Below are positions 1 to 10,328 of a DNA stretch of 45,109 nt, piece by piece. Position 1 is the first letter of the stretch. Every line of letters begins with the position of its first letter. The notes below the pieces were generated by a model. It saw only the letters and a program-made list of their open reading frames with translations. It did no database searches and had not been told where the DNA came from. Origin of the DNA: Candidatus Hydrogenedentales bacterium (lineage in GTDB: Bacteria; Hydrogenedentota; Hydrogenedentia; Hydrogenedentales; JAEUWI01); contig JBIKMR010000003.1 in assembly GCA_044359155.1 (NCBI GenBank), positions 1-45,109 on the forward strand, written 5' to 3'. The position numbers were made by a program, and so were the translations under genes.

Positions 1-390
1 GTTACAGCAGGAGACGCCATCGAGGACTTGCTCCCGGTCGCGGGCGATTGCCACGTCCGTATTGATGGGCCGAACGGATTCATGCGCGAACTGCGTTGCC
101 CCGGGAAAGGGGCCTTCCGCGCCGAAGTCCGGGCGGATGGCGCGAACCTCTCACTTACTCTCACCAATACATCGGACGAATCAATCGAGGTCGCCTTGGC
201 GGATGAATCCTATGGCGAGCGGTTTGATTCGATTGCTCTCCAACCCGCCCAATCCCAAACGATCATGGTCTCAACAGCGGCAGGAAAACATTGGTACGAC
301 CTTTCCGCCAGTGCAAAGGAAACCCGCTATCGCTTTGCCGGACGAATCGAGACGGGAGAATGGTCGGTTTCTGATCCTGCTATGGGTTGA
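1..390 (+). CDS. Phosphocholine-specific phospholipase C, C-terminal DUF756 region (5'-truncated by window edge)
   Basis: Frame is open from base 1. The GPNGF.R, WYDL and RFAGRIETG..S.SDPAMG motifs are typical of the PlcN/PlcH C-terminal domains. Confidence 0.8.
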   Translation, partial: VTAGDAIEDLLPVAGDCHVRIDGPNGFMRELRCPGKGAFRAEVRADGANLSLTLTNTSDESIEVALADESYGERFDSIALQPAQSQTIMVSTAAGKHWYDLSASAKETRYRFAGRIETGEWSVSDPAMG

Positions 391-414
391 TGTGTGAGAA
401 GACAGAGAACTTTG

Positions 415-447
415 GGCGCAGCTTTCGGCTGCGCCTTTTCTTTTTTT
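415..447 (+). terminator. Intrinsic terminator
   Basis: GGCGCAGC-tttcg-GCTGCGCC hairpin followed by TTTTCTTTTTTT, about 25 nt after the plc stop. Confidence 0.85.
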
Positions 448-521
448 GCTGCGGCATATATCTGGATCGTCAGTGAATACATTCATCAGACACCATGCTT
501 ATCATCACGGAGGGAACGGGG

Positions 522-1445
522 ATGAGCAGCTCGATTGAGCGGATGCGTTTGCAGGAGCTGGGCTGTGCGGTTGTGCTGTTGGTAATACTCGCGGCGGTTT
601 TCCTGCCTGCATTGCATCGACCGTGGGAAGAGAGGCGTCCTCATGCTAGTTGCCAAAACAACCTGAAACAGATGGGGCTTGTGTTCAGGATGTACGCCAA
701 TGAATCGGTCGGGGGGCTTTTTCCACCGATGATGGTGGCGGATGTTCCCTTGGTGGATTGCGACGCCACGCCCCCAACCGAAACCGGGAAGCGGGGAATG
801 ATGCTGGCGGCTCCTTTGGTTCCTACGATCTATCCTGAGTACATCTCCGATCCCAGTGTCTTTCTCTGTCCAACCGATTCGATTAGTTCTAAGGATGAAT
901 TTACTTCACCCGAAGGTGATTCATACTTCCACGAATACTGTTCCCAGCCGCGCCGGGGTGCGCGTGCGGCGGGGAACAGCTATGCCTATACCGGGTACGC
1001 CTATCGCGCTGGAGATACGGAGGCGCGGGAAGCAGCGCAATTGAAGTCGGTGCTTGGGCCCGTGGTGGAAGCGGCGGGGCGGGGAGAGTGGACGAAGGCT
1101 GAAGGCTTGGTGCAGGAGGATATTTCCGTGCCGCAGGAGATAGTCCCGCCCCGCGCAGCGGAGCCTAAGGTATACCGGTTGCGCGAGGGAATCGAAAAGC
1201 TACTTGTAACTGATGTGAACAATCCTTCGGTGATGGCGAAGGCGCAGTATGAAATCTGGGTCATGCACGAGAAGGTGCATTTGAACTTTAAAGACTTCAA
1301 CCACATCCCTGCCGGATCGAACGTGCTCTTCCTTGATGGACATGTCGAGTACATGCGTTACATGAATAAGCCGACGGACACCCCGCCGGTGAGCACCGCG
1401 ATTGCGGAGGCTTATGCGATGGTGGAGGGCTTGGCGGGGGAGTGA
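522..1445 (+). CDS. DUF1559 / prepilin-associated H-X9-DG domain protein
   Basis: Hydrophobic N-terminal helix followed by SCQNNLKQMGLVFRMYANE, and C-terminal NHIPAGSNVLFLDGHVE. GGAGG precedes ATG 522; the alternative start is 495. Confidence 0.8.
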   Translation: MSSSIERMRLQELGCAVVLLVILAAVFLPALHRPWEERRPHASCQNNLKQMGLVFRMYANESVGGLFPPMMVADVPLVDCDATPPTETGKRGMMLAAPLVPTIYPEYISDPSVFLCPTDSISSKDEFTSPEGDSYFHEYCSQPRRGARAAGNSYAYTGYAYRAGDTEAREAAQLKSVLGPVVEAAGRGEWTKAEGLVQEDISVPQEIVPPRAAEPKVYRLREGIEKLLVTDVNNPSVMAKAQYEIWVMHEKVHLNFKDFNHIPAGSNVLFLDGHVEYMRYMNKPTDTPPVSTAIAEAYAMVEGLAGE

Positions 1446-1502
1446 GGAGAGCACGCTGGGCCAGCGGATGAGGCTCGGCTAAAATCCAAGGCACAGCGCT
1501 GG

Positions 1503-1892
1503 CTAGTGTTTCATCGAGGCAATTTTCTCGACGTGCTGGAGCAGGGAGTCCACCAATTTACAGTAACGCTCACGGTCCAAGGGAACAGTAGGGTCTTCGA
1601 TTTCGTAGCGAAACTTCGTGGCATACGGAAACAAATCTGTCAGGTCTCGATACTGGTCAACATTGACGCCGAGCTTCTCCAGGCGAATCAACAATTCCTG
1701 CAATTCGTGCGTTCTTGGGGCGGGTTCACCAAGGGCCATCAGCCATGCCTTCAAGGACTTCTCCGCCGCTTGCTGCAAGTGGTAGCCAATGCCTTGATCG
1801 GAAAACCGGGATGCATCGCGCATATTAGATGCGTCCATGGCATCCCGTGTAGCCAGTCTCAGAAAGGAATCCAGCAGCCTACGGTCGAACAT
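1503..1892 (-). CDS. HEPN domain protein (toxin of a HEPN/MNT pair)
   Basis: YHLQQAAEKSLKA, RTHEL and RY motifs. ATG 1892 overlaps the end of the MNT gene. Confidence 0.85.
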   Translation of the reverse strand: MFDRRLLDSFLRLATRDAMDASNMRDASRFSDQGIGYHLQQAAEKSLKAWLMALGEPAPRTHELQELLIRLEKLGVNVDQYRDLTDLFPYATKFRYEIEDPTVPLDRERYCKLVDSLLQHVEKIASMKH

Positions 1893-2232
1893 ACAAGGTT
1901 CTACCGGCTGTGAAGCAGTCGTCCAACACGTGTCCTTTTGCTCCCCGCCATTCTTCCGCCTTCGAGCGCGTGTACACGAGAAGGTCCATGGGGTAGTAAT
2001 CATCGCGGAGGGAGTCGAGTATCTTCCTGTATACAGAGTCTGCCCCGCCGTAGGTGTGTGCGCCATCGGGCATGATGACCAGCAGGTCGATGTCAGAATG
2101 AGGACGCGCAGTGCCGTTGGCCTGTGAACCGAAGAGGATGATCTCTTCTGGTTGCACGGCAGCCACGACTCTGCTTGCAATGAATTGCAGCCGATCTTCG
2201 GTGACGATTTCTGTGCGTGCGTTTACAGCCAT
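1879..2232 (-). CDS. Minimal nucleotidyltransferase (MNT antitoxin)
   Basis: LFGSQANGTARPHSDIDLLV matches the GS-x10-DxD motif. 117 aa, directly upstream of the HEPN gene. Confidence 0.88.
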   Translation of the reverse strand: MAVNARTEIVTEDRLQFIASRVVAAVQPEEIILFGSQANGTARPHSDIDLLVIMPDGAHTYGGADSVYRKILDSLRDDYYPMDLLVYTRSKAEEWRGAKGHVLDDCFTAGRTLYVRP

Positions 2233-2274
2233 GGCGCTATGCTGCGGGATTCCGCCGGTTGAATCAAGCCGCCG

Positions 2275-4038
2275 TCATTTCCCCAGCGTCTCCTCCAGCG
2301 ACCGGTTGCCGAGCAGCACAAGGTCGTGGGTGCGGAGTGGGCCGAACTTTATTTTCTCGGCGTAGGCTTCCTGGTGGGGGAAGTCTTTGAGAATCTTCAT
2401 GGTGGTGATGTAGAAGTAGGGGTCGGGGCCGTTAAGGCGCTGCTCGACAGTAGCGGGGTCTAGCTGGATGGGGATGGGGAGTTCAGAGTAGTTGTTGAAG
2501 GCGGCGTATATCTTGGTCGCCTCGATAGGCACGCCCTGCTCGACCAGTTGCTTACAGGCGAGGGCGAGTTCCTTGGGGCTGCGTTCGCCGGTTTGGCGGT
2601 AGCTGCGGGTGAGCAGGCCGCTCAGGATGACGAGCGCCGCGCAGAGGGCCACGCGAAGCACGAGGGTGTGGTTGTTGCGTATGGGCCTGATGCTGAGGGC
2701 CAGCACGGCGACCGCGAGGACGATGCACTCGATGAGCAGTGTGGCGGGGTAGTCGTCGAGCGCGACGGCAATGACCACGCCGACCGCCAACACGGGCAGC
2801 AGCACGCGGAAGCTGCGTGCCCAGCGCTGGAACCACAGGGCCTTGCCGGGTTCGAGCGTGCCATGCACGAACTCGACCACGGGATAGGCGAGCGCGCAAA
2901 GCAGGAAGGGAGCGCAGGGCATGATGTATTCGTATTCCTTGCCCGCGATTAGGGAGAACAGCAGGATGCTGAACCAGGCCATGGCGAGGGAGAAGCGGTA
3001 GAAGGGGGCGGCATCGCGCCAGGCGCGGGAGGAAAGCTGCACGGGCAGCAGCAGGCCAAAGGGGGCCAGCATGACGGGGAGGGCGACGATGTAATACAGC
3101 GGGAAGCCGCTGTTGATGGCGGTCGCCGTGTGGGTGCGGTCGATGACTTCGCTGTTGAGGAGCTTCTGGATGTTCTCCCAGCCCAGCCGTTCGAGCACGG
3201 TCCAAGCCCACGGCACACAGAGTCCGATGCCGATGGCGACGGCGAGCAGCGACTGTGGCAGGGCGGCAATGTTGATGCCCCAGCCGGTGCGCCACAGCAG
3301 CACCAGCCAGCAGGCCACCATGACCATGAGCGCGGCAGGAAAGGGGATGGGCAGAGGATATAGCACAATACCCAGCAAGATGCACCATGCACCCGCGCGC
3401 AGGCCGGATGCGGCGCGGTCGAAGGTGGCGGTGTCGCGGGTGAGCACAAAGGCGACGTAGGCTGCGCCGACAAACAGGTAGGGCACGGGGCCCTTGAGCA
3501 TGGTGGCGGCGGCAAGGCACAGCCCTGCCAGCAAAGTCATTCCCCATTTGCGCAAGCCATCGCTGGTCCATGCGGTGTGCAGGGCACAGACCGTGAGGAA
3601 AGTGAAAAGCAGCAGGGGCTGGTCGAGTTCGGCAAAGCGCGAGCGCTCGATGCAATAGGGCGCTATGGCCAAGGCTAAGGCAGCAAAGAAACCGACGTCT
3701 TCGCCTGCTTTCTTTCTCAAAACGGTATAAACCGCCAGAATTAACAAAACGCCGCAGGTGGCGGTGACGAGCCTGCCAGTAAATTCACTCTGCACACCGG
3801 TGGCGGCATAGACCCCAGCGGTGGCCCAATAGAGCAGGGGCGGCTTGGCGAGGTAGGGGCGGCCATTGAGCTCGGGCACGATGAAGTCGCCGGTGCGCAG
3901 AATGTGCTTGGGGGGGGCGGTGCGCTGGCCCTCGTTCTCGGTGGTCACGTCCATGCGGCCCAGCTCGGTGAAGATGGTAAGGGCCGCGACGACGAACAGG
4001 AACAACGCGCGCAACGGCGGCGATTGCAGCAAGGACAC
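2275..4038 (-). CDS. ArnT/PMT-family (GT-C) membrane glycosyltransferase
   Basis: NEGQR, PELNGRPYLAKPPLLYW, 'SRFAELD' and 'LKGP' motifs plus many TM helices. GTG 4038 has a GGGAG SD; the ORF track starts at 4104. Confidence 0.85.
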   Translation of the reverse strand: MSLLQSPPLRALFLFVVAALTIFTELGRMDVTTENEGQRTAPPKHILRTGDFIVPELNGRPYLAKPPLLYWATAGVYAATGVQSEFTGRLVTATCGVLLILAVYTVLRKKAGEDVGFFAALALAIAPYCIERSRFAELDQPLLLFTFLTVCALHTAWTSDGLRKWGMTLLAGLCLAAATMLKGPVPYLFVGAAYVAFVLTRDTATFDRAASGLRAGAWCILLGIVLYPLPIPFPAALMVMVACWLVLLWRTGWGINIAALPQSLLAVAIGIGLCVPWAWTVLERLGWENIQKLLNSEVIDRTHTATAINSGFPLYYIVALPVMLAPFGLLLPVQLSSRAWRDAAPFYRFSLAMAWFSILLFSLIAGKEYEYIMPCAPFLLCALAYPVVEFVHGTLEPGKALWFQRWARSFRVLLPVLAVGVVIAVALDDYPATLLIECIVLAVAVLALSIRPIRNNHTLVLRVALCAALVILSGLLTRSYRQTGERSPKELALACKQLVEQGVPIEATKIYAAFNNYSELPIPIQLDPATVEQRLNGPDPYFYITTMKILKDFPHQEAYAEKIKFGPLRTHDLVLLGNRSLEETLGK

Positions 4039-4149
4039 GGTATCTCTCCCACGCGCGGATGCCGCGCCAGCTATGGATACAGGGGTAAGGGGTAACGCTA
4101 CCAAAGCCGCCGTGGCGGCGGCAAGCAGGGCGGCACGGAAGGTCGAGGA

Positions 4150-5016
4150 TTATTTCTTGACCGCCACGAAGATATGCCCAATGATGCCTGGCCAGCGCGC
4201 GCCCATCAACGCCCAACCGAAAATGTTTATCTTGTCCAGCACCAGTTGCAGAAAGCCGGTCAGGCCGCCACTGCGACCTTGGGGAGTGCGGCGTATTTCG
4301 AGCATGTTGAGGTTATGTCGTTGCAGCAAGCGACCCATGCCTTCGAGTGAAAACAGCACCGTGTGCCAAGGCGGGCAGATGACCTGGTGCAGTTGGGGCA
4401 GTGGGCGTTTCTTGTCTCCCAAGCGCAACAGGTTACCGAAGAACAGGGGAAAGGGAGCGGTGGGCTGGGAGCTGAGGAACACGCCGCCATTTGCAAGCAG
4501 GGAACTGGCCCTGTCCAGCCAGCCATCGTGATCCACCAAGTGCTCGAATACGAAGGACAGGAGTATGGCATCGAAGGGCCCTTGCAGGCCGGGATGAAAC
4601 AAGTCGCCCTGCACCACGTTTAGGCCGCGCGCCTGGCAGTGTTGGGACATGGAATCGGAAGGTTCGACCGAAACCACTTCATACCCTTGTTCCTTCAGGC
4701 AGGCGCTCAAGCCGCCCCAGCCAGCGCCATAATCCATGACTCTTCCGCCCGCAGGCACGCGCGCCGCGATCGCGTCGATTATCGCCATGTAGTAAGGAAG
4801 GGCTGCGCGGTCCCGCAGGGTGACGTCCTCGATATGCTCGGACTCGGCGTAGTCCTCTTCATATTTCTTGATGAGGAATTCCTGCGTGGGCATGGGCTCA
4901 AGTTGCAGCGAAGCGCACGCTGTGCACTTTACATAGGCATAGCCCAAGCGCTCGCCAAAGCTTTCAAAGGCACCCCCATGGCAGGCGGCACAACGGTATT
5001 TATCGGCAATGGCCAT
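4150..5016 (-). CDS. Class I SAM-dependent methyltransferase with N-terminal Zn-ribbon
   Basis: Two CxxC motifs, motif I 'VMDYGAGWG', 'FDAILLSFVFEHL' and 'PPWH'. Confidence 0.85.
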   Translation of the reverse strand: MAIADKYRCAACHGGAFESFGERLGYAYVKCTACASLQLEPMPTQEFLIKKYEEDYAESEHIEDVTLRDRAALPYYMAIIDAIAARVPAGGRVMDYGAGWGGLSACLKEQGYEVVSVEPSDSMSQHCQARGLNVVQGDLFHPGLQGPFDAILLSFVFEHLVDHDGWLDRASSLLANGGVFLSSQPTAPFPLFFGNLLRLGDKKRPLPQLHQVICPPWHTVLFSLEGMGRLLQRHNLNMLEIRRTPQGRSGGLTGFLQLVLDKINIFGWALMGARWPGIIGHIFVAVKK

Positions 5017-5116
5017 GACGCCCAGGGTGTCCTTATCCAAAGATTATGCCGTGAAAGAAAAAAGGGGGACGAGGTTTCGCATTAGAATACATCATGGGTA
5101 AGCGCCGTTGCCCGCT

Positions 5117-7306
5117 CTATTCCAACACATACCATGCGAAGCCATTTGCTGGAACGGCAACAGGGATGGGTGCGGTGAAGTAGCGGGCGATGGAGATTTC
5201 TTGCTGCTCTCCGCCGGAGGAGACCTGGGCGGTTTCGGTGAGGCCGGTGTAGTAGAGGTTGACGGGGAGAGTGCGCTCGACGGGATCGTTGGTGGGATTG
5301 AAGACGACGATCATTCCCTTGTGCTTGAGGCGGGGATTGACGTGGAGCATCCAGTCTAGGTCGCGGCCATCGGCGCGTCTCCCGTGGATGAGGTCGCTTT
5401 CGAGGATGTCGCGGTATTGCTTGTACCAATCCACCCACCTCTTCACCATGGCGCGGGTGCGGTCGGTGTCGTATAGGCGGGGGCCGCGATAGCAGGCCTG
5501 CACGCCGAGGGCGAGGTTCGAGAAGAGCATCCGCTCGTAGTGGTCAAGGTGTTCGTCGAGCGGCTCGATGGTGGCAGCCTCTCCCCCACCGTGGTATTCG
5601 GCCAGCGGCACGAACATCCATCCCATGCTGGGGGTCTTGTCCCAGGTGCCGTCGTAGATGTTTTGCCGTGTATGGATCACCTGCTGCTCGCGGGGCAGGC
5701 TCCAGTTGGTTTCGCGGTATCCCATGCCGCTCTTGGTTGCGCCTGCAAGGTAGTAATAGTCAGGCACATTCAACGATATGCCGCGTCCCCGGCACCACTT
5801 GTAGTAATCGGAAATGGTGCGCCATTGGGTCCACTGGGAATCCTCGTAACCGTGGTGTCCGGGATGCGCAGTGGACCGGCAGGTGTCTCCGGGGTAGGAG
5901 CCGTCGTGCTCCAGCAAGTCGAAGCCGCTGGATTCGTAGAAGCGGTAAAGGTTGTCGAAGTAGTCTTTGCCCCATGCGCTGCCGATGCAGGGGGAATACC
6001 CAAAGGTGGGCTTCTCCCCCTCGCCCATGACCACGTCGTTCTCCGCATCAATGGCGCGGGAGGCGAGGAGCGAGTATCCGCCCAGCTCGACGCCGCGCGC
6101 TGCGGCGTAGTCGGCGAATTCCTTCATGCGGTCTCGGTTGGCCTTGCGGTTGTTCTCGATATTGAAGCCGCTGCCGAAGGACAGAATCGCCATCTCGAAA
6201 CCCACATCGGCGCATTGGTCGAGCGCGGTGGTGACGGTTTCCTTGTCGCTCTTGCGCACGTGAAGCATGAGGGGGTTCTCGGTAACCCATGGCGCAATGA
6301 CGCGGTACATGCGCCGCTGGGCGAGGCCATTGCGTTCACGGTCGGTGCTGTCTCGCACCAGCACGAAGGCACGGAAGGATTCGAAGGTTTCGCCCGGCGC
6401 AATGTCCACGGCAGGCCCCAGCTTGGGACGCACTTCGAGCAGGCAGGGGGTGAGCTTCTCGTAGTTGACCTGGGTTTCATAGTCCGGGTCGGGCACCCAA
6501 TGCACGGAATGTCGGCTGCTGTCGCGCACGCCCATGCCGCCGAAGGCGTAGTCCGTTTCCACATGCAGGTTGGGTGGCAGGAAGCCGACTCCCCGGTTGT
6601 CCACGTCGGAGCCGTACTCGACCACTGCCAGCAGCTCGCTGGTGAAAGTGTCCAGCCGCACGGGCACAGGGGTGTTGTTGTGAATCGTCATCCATTTCGA
6701 AAGGACGGGAATGCCGTCGTAGAGTTCGTAGTGGATGGAAACGGTGACACCTGCCAGCGTGGCATCGGCATTGGGCGGCAGGGCGTAGTCCATTCGCAGA
6801 TACACGCCCTTTGGCGGCCATACGGAATCCGGCGCGCTGTGGCGTACGCGTTCCCAGCCCATGCGCTCTTTCGGCGCGCCTACTTCAAAGCCGGTGTACT
6901 GCATTGCTCCGGGTTGGGCGGTCAGCGCATCCACCCATTCCTGCTTGAGGAAGGCGTAGTTCGGCTGGCCGGTCAGGCCACCAACATCAAGCGCGTGTCC
7001 ATTCAGGCTAAGGCGCGCCTCCGGCTTGACCCCGCGTAGCAGGGTTTCGCCGGTCATCAGGTTTTCAAAATTCACTGTGGCGGCATTGGGAGCAAGGCGG
7101 AAGGAGCGGCTGATGAGGCCGTTGGACAGGATGAGTTCATTGCCCGACGAAGAGCGGTAGACCCCAGAGGCTTGGGGGATATCCTGCACCAGCCAATCTT
7201 GCGGGGGCGTGGCTTCCGGAGCGGGCAGGGGTGGGAGATTGGAAAGGGGGGCAGCGCTGGCGAGGATGGGGGCTAGCAAAATTGTGAATAAGGCAAGCAG
7301 GCGCAT
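5117..7306 (-). CDS. Secreted glycoside hydrolase-like protein (alpha-galactosidase/GH36-like)
   Basis: Sec signal peptide and a TIM-barrel-like region (SFGSGFN..., EHDGSYPGD, GYRETNWSLPR). Family assignment is from recognition only. Confidence 0.6.
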   Translation of the reverse strand: MRLLALFTILLAPILASAAPLSNLPPLPAPEATPPQDWLVQDIPQASGVYRSSSGNELILSNGLISRSFRLAPNAATVNFENLMTGETLLRGVKPEARLSLNGHALDVGGLTGQPNYAFLKQEWVDALTAQPGAMQYTGFEVGAPKERMGWERVRHSAPDSVWPPKGVYLRMDYALPPNADATLAGVTVSIHYELYDGIPVLSKWMTIHNNTPVPVRLDTFTSELLAVVEYGSDVDNRGVGFLPPNLHVETDYAFGGMGVRDSSRHSVHWVPDPDYETQVNYEKLTPCLLEVRPKLGPAVDIAPGETFESFRAFVLVRDSTDRERNGLAQRRMYRVIAPWVTENPLMLHVRKSDKETVTTALDQCADVGFEMAILSFGSGFNIENNRKANRDRMKEFADYAAARGVELGGYSLLASRAIDAENDVVMGEGEKPTFGYSPCIGSAWGKDYFDNLYRFYESSGFDLLEHDGSYPGDTCRSTAHPGHHGYEDSQWTQWRTISDYYKWCRGRGISLNVPDYYYLAGATKSGMGYRETNWSLPREQQVIHTRQNIYDGTWDKTPSMGWMFVPLAEYHGGGEAATIEPLDEHLDHYERMLFSNLALGVQACYRGPRLYDTDRTRAMVKRWVDWYKQYRDILESDLIHGRRADGRDLDWMLHVNPRLKHKGMIVVFNPTNDPVERTLPVNLYYTGLTETAQVSSGGEQQEISIARYFTAPIPVAVPANGFAWYVLE

Positions 7307-7445
7307 GGAATATCCTTTGCGTAATCAGACCGAGAAGGGCATTGTGGCGGGGGCAGTGCGAAGAATCCAAGCCCTAGTCCCGCGCTCGACTCCGCCTTGC
7401 CGATATGGCATGATTCCCGCTTTCCGAACGAAGGAGGGAATTTCC

Positions 7446-8690
7446 ATGGACACGATTACGGGTACCGCTGCAGCGGGTTTGGCTAAGGAAGCATTGGCGG
7501 CGGGCGAGGGCATTTTGCGGTTGGCGCCGTGCTGGGTGCCGCGTTCTTTCCTGCAGCCGGGCAAGCGCATCAAGCTGCATCCTGCGGATTATTACGCTTT
7601 CGGCAAGCATCGCGGCGGCATCGATGAGCGCTGGTTTGCATCGACCACCCCGGCGGCGAACGACAACCGCGAGGAGGACGAGGGCCTGAGCTATGTGGTG
7701 GTGGGCGGCAAGCGTTTCACGTTGAAGGACGCGGTCGAGGCGTTGGGCGCGGAGCTGATAGGCGACGCAATCTGGAACGCGTACAAGCGTTGGCCGGTAT
7801 ACAGCAAGTTCTTCGACAACATGGGGCCCATCCCCCACCACATGCACCAGAACATGGAGCAGGCCGCGCTGGTGGGACAGGAAGGCAAGCCGGAAGCCTA
7901 TTACTTCCCGCCGCAGTTGAACGCCATTGGCAACAACTTCCCCTATACCTTCATGGGTTTCGAGCCGGGAACGACGCGGGCGGAAGCGCGGGCGTGTATC
8001 GAGAACTGGAACAAGGGCGACAACGGCATTCTGGACCTGTCGAAGGCGTATCGCCTGAAGCCGGGCACGGGCTGGCTGATTCCCCCTTGCGTGCTTCACG
8101 CGCCAGGCTCGCTGGTTACGTATGAACCCCAGTGGGGCAGCGACGTGTTCGGCATGTACCAGTCCCTCGTCGAGGGGCGCGATGTGCCGTGGGCGCTGCT
8201 GGTGAAGGACATGCCCGAGGACAAGCACCAGGACATCGACTTCATCATTGACCAGTTGGACTGGGACCGCAACGTGGATCCGAACTTCAAGGACAACCAC
8301 TACTGCGAGCCGATTGTGGACGCGGCCAACACCGGCGAAGGCTACACCGACAAGTGGGTCTGCTACGGCGACGTGGCGGGCAAGCAATACTTCTCCGCGA
8401 AGGAACTGACCGTGGCCCCCGGCGCGAAGTGCACCATCAAGGACAGCGGCGCTACCGGCATCATCTCCGTGCAGGGCCGGGGCAGAATCAACCACCTGCC
8501 GCTCGAATCCCCCACCATGATCCGCTTCGGCGAGATGACCGAGGACGAAGTCTTCGTGTCCGCCAAGCGCGCGCAAGAAGGCTACGAAGTCGAGAACCTC
8601 GGCAAGGAATGCCCGCTCGTGCTGCTCCGCTACTTCGGACCCGATGTGAACCCCCACGCCCCGAAGGTGGGAGACCACAAGAAGGGGTAG
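7446..8690 (+). CDS. Cupin protein related to class I mannose-6-phosphate isomerase
   Basis: PHHMHQ, GKPEAYYF, LHAPG and YEPQ..SD metal-ligand pattern. AAGGAGG SD before ATG 7446. Confidence 0.65.
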   Translation: MDTITGTAAAGLAKEALAAGEGILRLAPCWVPRSFLQPGKRIKLHPADYYAFGKHRGGIDERWFASTTPAANDNREEDEGLSYVVVGGKRFTLKDAVEALGAELIGDAIWNAYKRWPVYSKFFDNMGPIPHHMHQNMEQAALVGQEGKPEAYYFPPQLNAIGNNFPYTFMGFEPGTTRAEARACIENWNKGDNGILDLSKAYRLKPGTGWLIPPCVLHAPGSLVTYEPQWGSDVFGMYQSLVEGRDVPWALLVKDMPEDKHQDIDFIIDQLDWDRNVDPNFKDNHYCEPIVDAANTGEGYTDKWVCYGDVAGKQYFSAKELTVAPGAKCTIKDSGATGIISVQGRGRINHLPLESPTMIRFGEMTEDEVFVSAKRAQEGYEVENLGKECPLVLLRYFGPDVNPHAPKVGDHKKG

Positions 8691-8720
8691 AATTACTCAC
8701 GGTGCCAACGTAGAATTATC

Positions 8721-8759
8721 ATCGCGGTGAGGTTATGCAAATGCCTTACCGCGATTTTT
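8721..8759 (+). terminator. Probable intrinsic terminator
   Basis: ATCGCGGTGAGG-N11-CCTTACCGCGAT hairpin followed by a T run. Confidence 0.6.
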
Positions 8760-8837
8760 AATTCTAGCGCTGGAAGGATTCACCTCAATCGCTAGATTTC
8801 GGATGAAAGTCTAGGCTGGGCGAGAAGGGGATGGAAA

Positions 8838-10310
8838 ATGAACAGCGAATACTTCGACCTAGTGATTGTTGGCGCTGGTTTGTCCGGCATTGGCATGGCG
8901 TGCCATCTTGCGCAGGAATGTCCGGGGAAGAGTTGCCTGATTCTTGAGGGACGCGATACCCTCGGGGGCACGTGGGACCTGTTTCGCTATCCGGGCATTC
9001 GTTCCGACTCGGACATGTTCACCTTTGGCTATACCTTCAAGCCTTGGATTAGTTCGCAGAACCTTGCGGATGGTGCTTCAATTCTCAACTACATCCGCGA
9101 GGCGGCGCAGGAACATCGAATCGAGGACAAGATTCGATACCACGCCAACGTGAATTCCATCTCGTGGGACAGCACAACCGCCACCTGGACTGTTGCCTAC
9201 ACGGACAAGACCACGGGCGCAGCAAGGCAATTGACGTGCAGTTTCATCAATGGCTGCACGGGATACTACAACTACGAGCACGGCTACGAGCCTGATTTTC
9301 CAGGCCGCGACACTTTTCCCGGCACGGTAATACATCCGCAGAAGTGGCCGGAGAATCTGGACTACACCGGCAAGCGGATTGTCGTCATAGGCAGTGGAGC
9401 CACCGCGGTTACCATCGTTCCTGAAATGGCCCGGACTGCCGAGCATGTCACCATGCTCCAGCGCTCCCCCTCCTACATGGGTGCCATTCCGGACGAGGAC
9501 CGCATCACCACGTTCTTGCGCAAGTACCTGCCCGAGATGTGGGTCTACCGCATCGCCCGGACCATGCGGGTCAGCCTGATGGCCCTGTTCTTCAACCTCA
9601 GCCGCCGCTACCCCGATGCCATTCGCAACTTCGTGCTGAAGGGCGTGCGCAGGGAGGTGGGCCCGGATGTGGACATGAAGCATTTCACTCCAAGCTACAA
9701 CCCTTGGGATGAGCGCTTTTGCGCAGTGAAGGGCGGCGACCTTTTTCGTGCGGTAAAAGAAGGTCGCGCGTCCATCGTCACCGACCACATCGACTGCTTC
9801 ACCGCGAACGGAGTGAAGTTAAAATCCGGCGAAGAACTTCCCGCAGACATCATCGTCACCGCCACCGGGCTGGAACTGCAATTCTTTGGCGGCATAGAGA
9901 TTTTCGTGGATGGAAAGCCCTTCGACGTCACCCAGAGTATGTGCTACAAGGGCGTGATGCTGGAGGATCTTCCCAACCTCGCGTTTACCTTTGGCTACAC
10001 CAACGCATCGTGGACGTTGAAGGCAGACATCACCAGCGAATGGATCTGCCGCGTGCTTAAGCACATGGACCAATCAGGCAAGAAATGCGCGGTGCCCGTC
10101 AACAAGGACAGCGCCATCCAGCACGACGAGTTCCTTGATTTCCAATCCGGCTACATTAAGCGCGGCCTGCATCGCTTTCCAAAGATAGGCAACAAGGCCC
10201 CATGGCGACTCAAGCAGCTCTATCCCTACGACATGATGATGCTTCGATTTAGCAGGATGGAGGATGGGGTGCTGAAGTTCGGCAAGGCGGGCGGAGCAAA
10301 GGCGTCCTAA
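8838..10310 (+). CDS. Flavin-containing Baeyer-Villiger monooxygenase (EthA-like)
   Basis: GAGLSG, GGTWDLFRYPGIRSDSD, the FxGxxxHxxxWP fingerprint (FPGTVIHPQKWP) and GSGATA. Confidence 0.92.
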   Translation: MNSEYFDLVIVGAGLSGIGMACHLAQECPGKSCLILEGRDTLGGTWDLFRYPGIRSDSDMFTFGYTFKPWISSQNLADGASILNYIREAAQEHRIEDKIRYHANVNSISWDSTTATWTVAYTDKTTGAARQLTCSFINGCTGYYNYEHGYEPDFPGRDTFPGTVIHPQKWPENLDYTGKRIVVIGSGATAVTIVPEMARTAEHVTMLQRSPSYMGAIPDEDRITTFLRKYLPEMWVYRIARTMRVSLMALFFNLSRRYPDAIRNFVLKGVRREVGPDVDMKHFTPSYNPWDERFCAVKGGDLFRAVKEGRASIVTDHIDCFTANGVKLKSGEELPADIIVTATGLELQFFGGIEIFVDGKPFDVTQSMCYKGVMLEDLPNLAFTFGYTNASWTLKADITSEWICRVLKHMDQSGKKCAVPVNKDSAIQHDEFLDFQSGYIKRGLHRFPKIGNKAPWRLKQLYPYDMMMLRFSRMEDGVLKFGKAGGAKAS

Positions 10311-10328
10311 AGCACCAAGACCTATCGC

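Noticed and set aside
5540-8678. Long antisense ORFs (5540-7039, 7374-8678; likewise 22846-24243, 29239-30618, 31232-32614)
   Set aside because: They mirror well-supported genes on the opposite strand, which is expected in high-GC DNA, and carry no motifs.
8687-8796. Short GTAGAATTA direct repeat and TCTAGCG...CGCTAGA inverted repeat upstream of the BVMO gene
   Set aside because: Too short and single-instance to support an operator or mobile-element scar.
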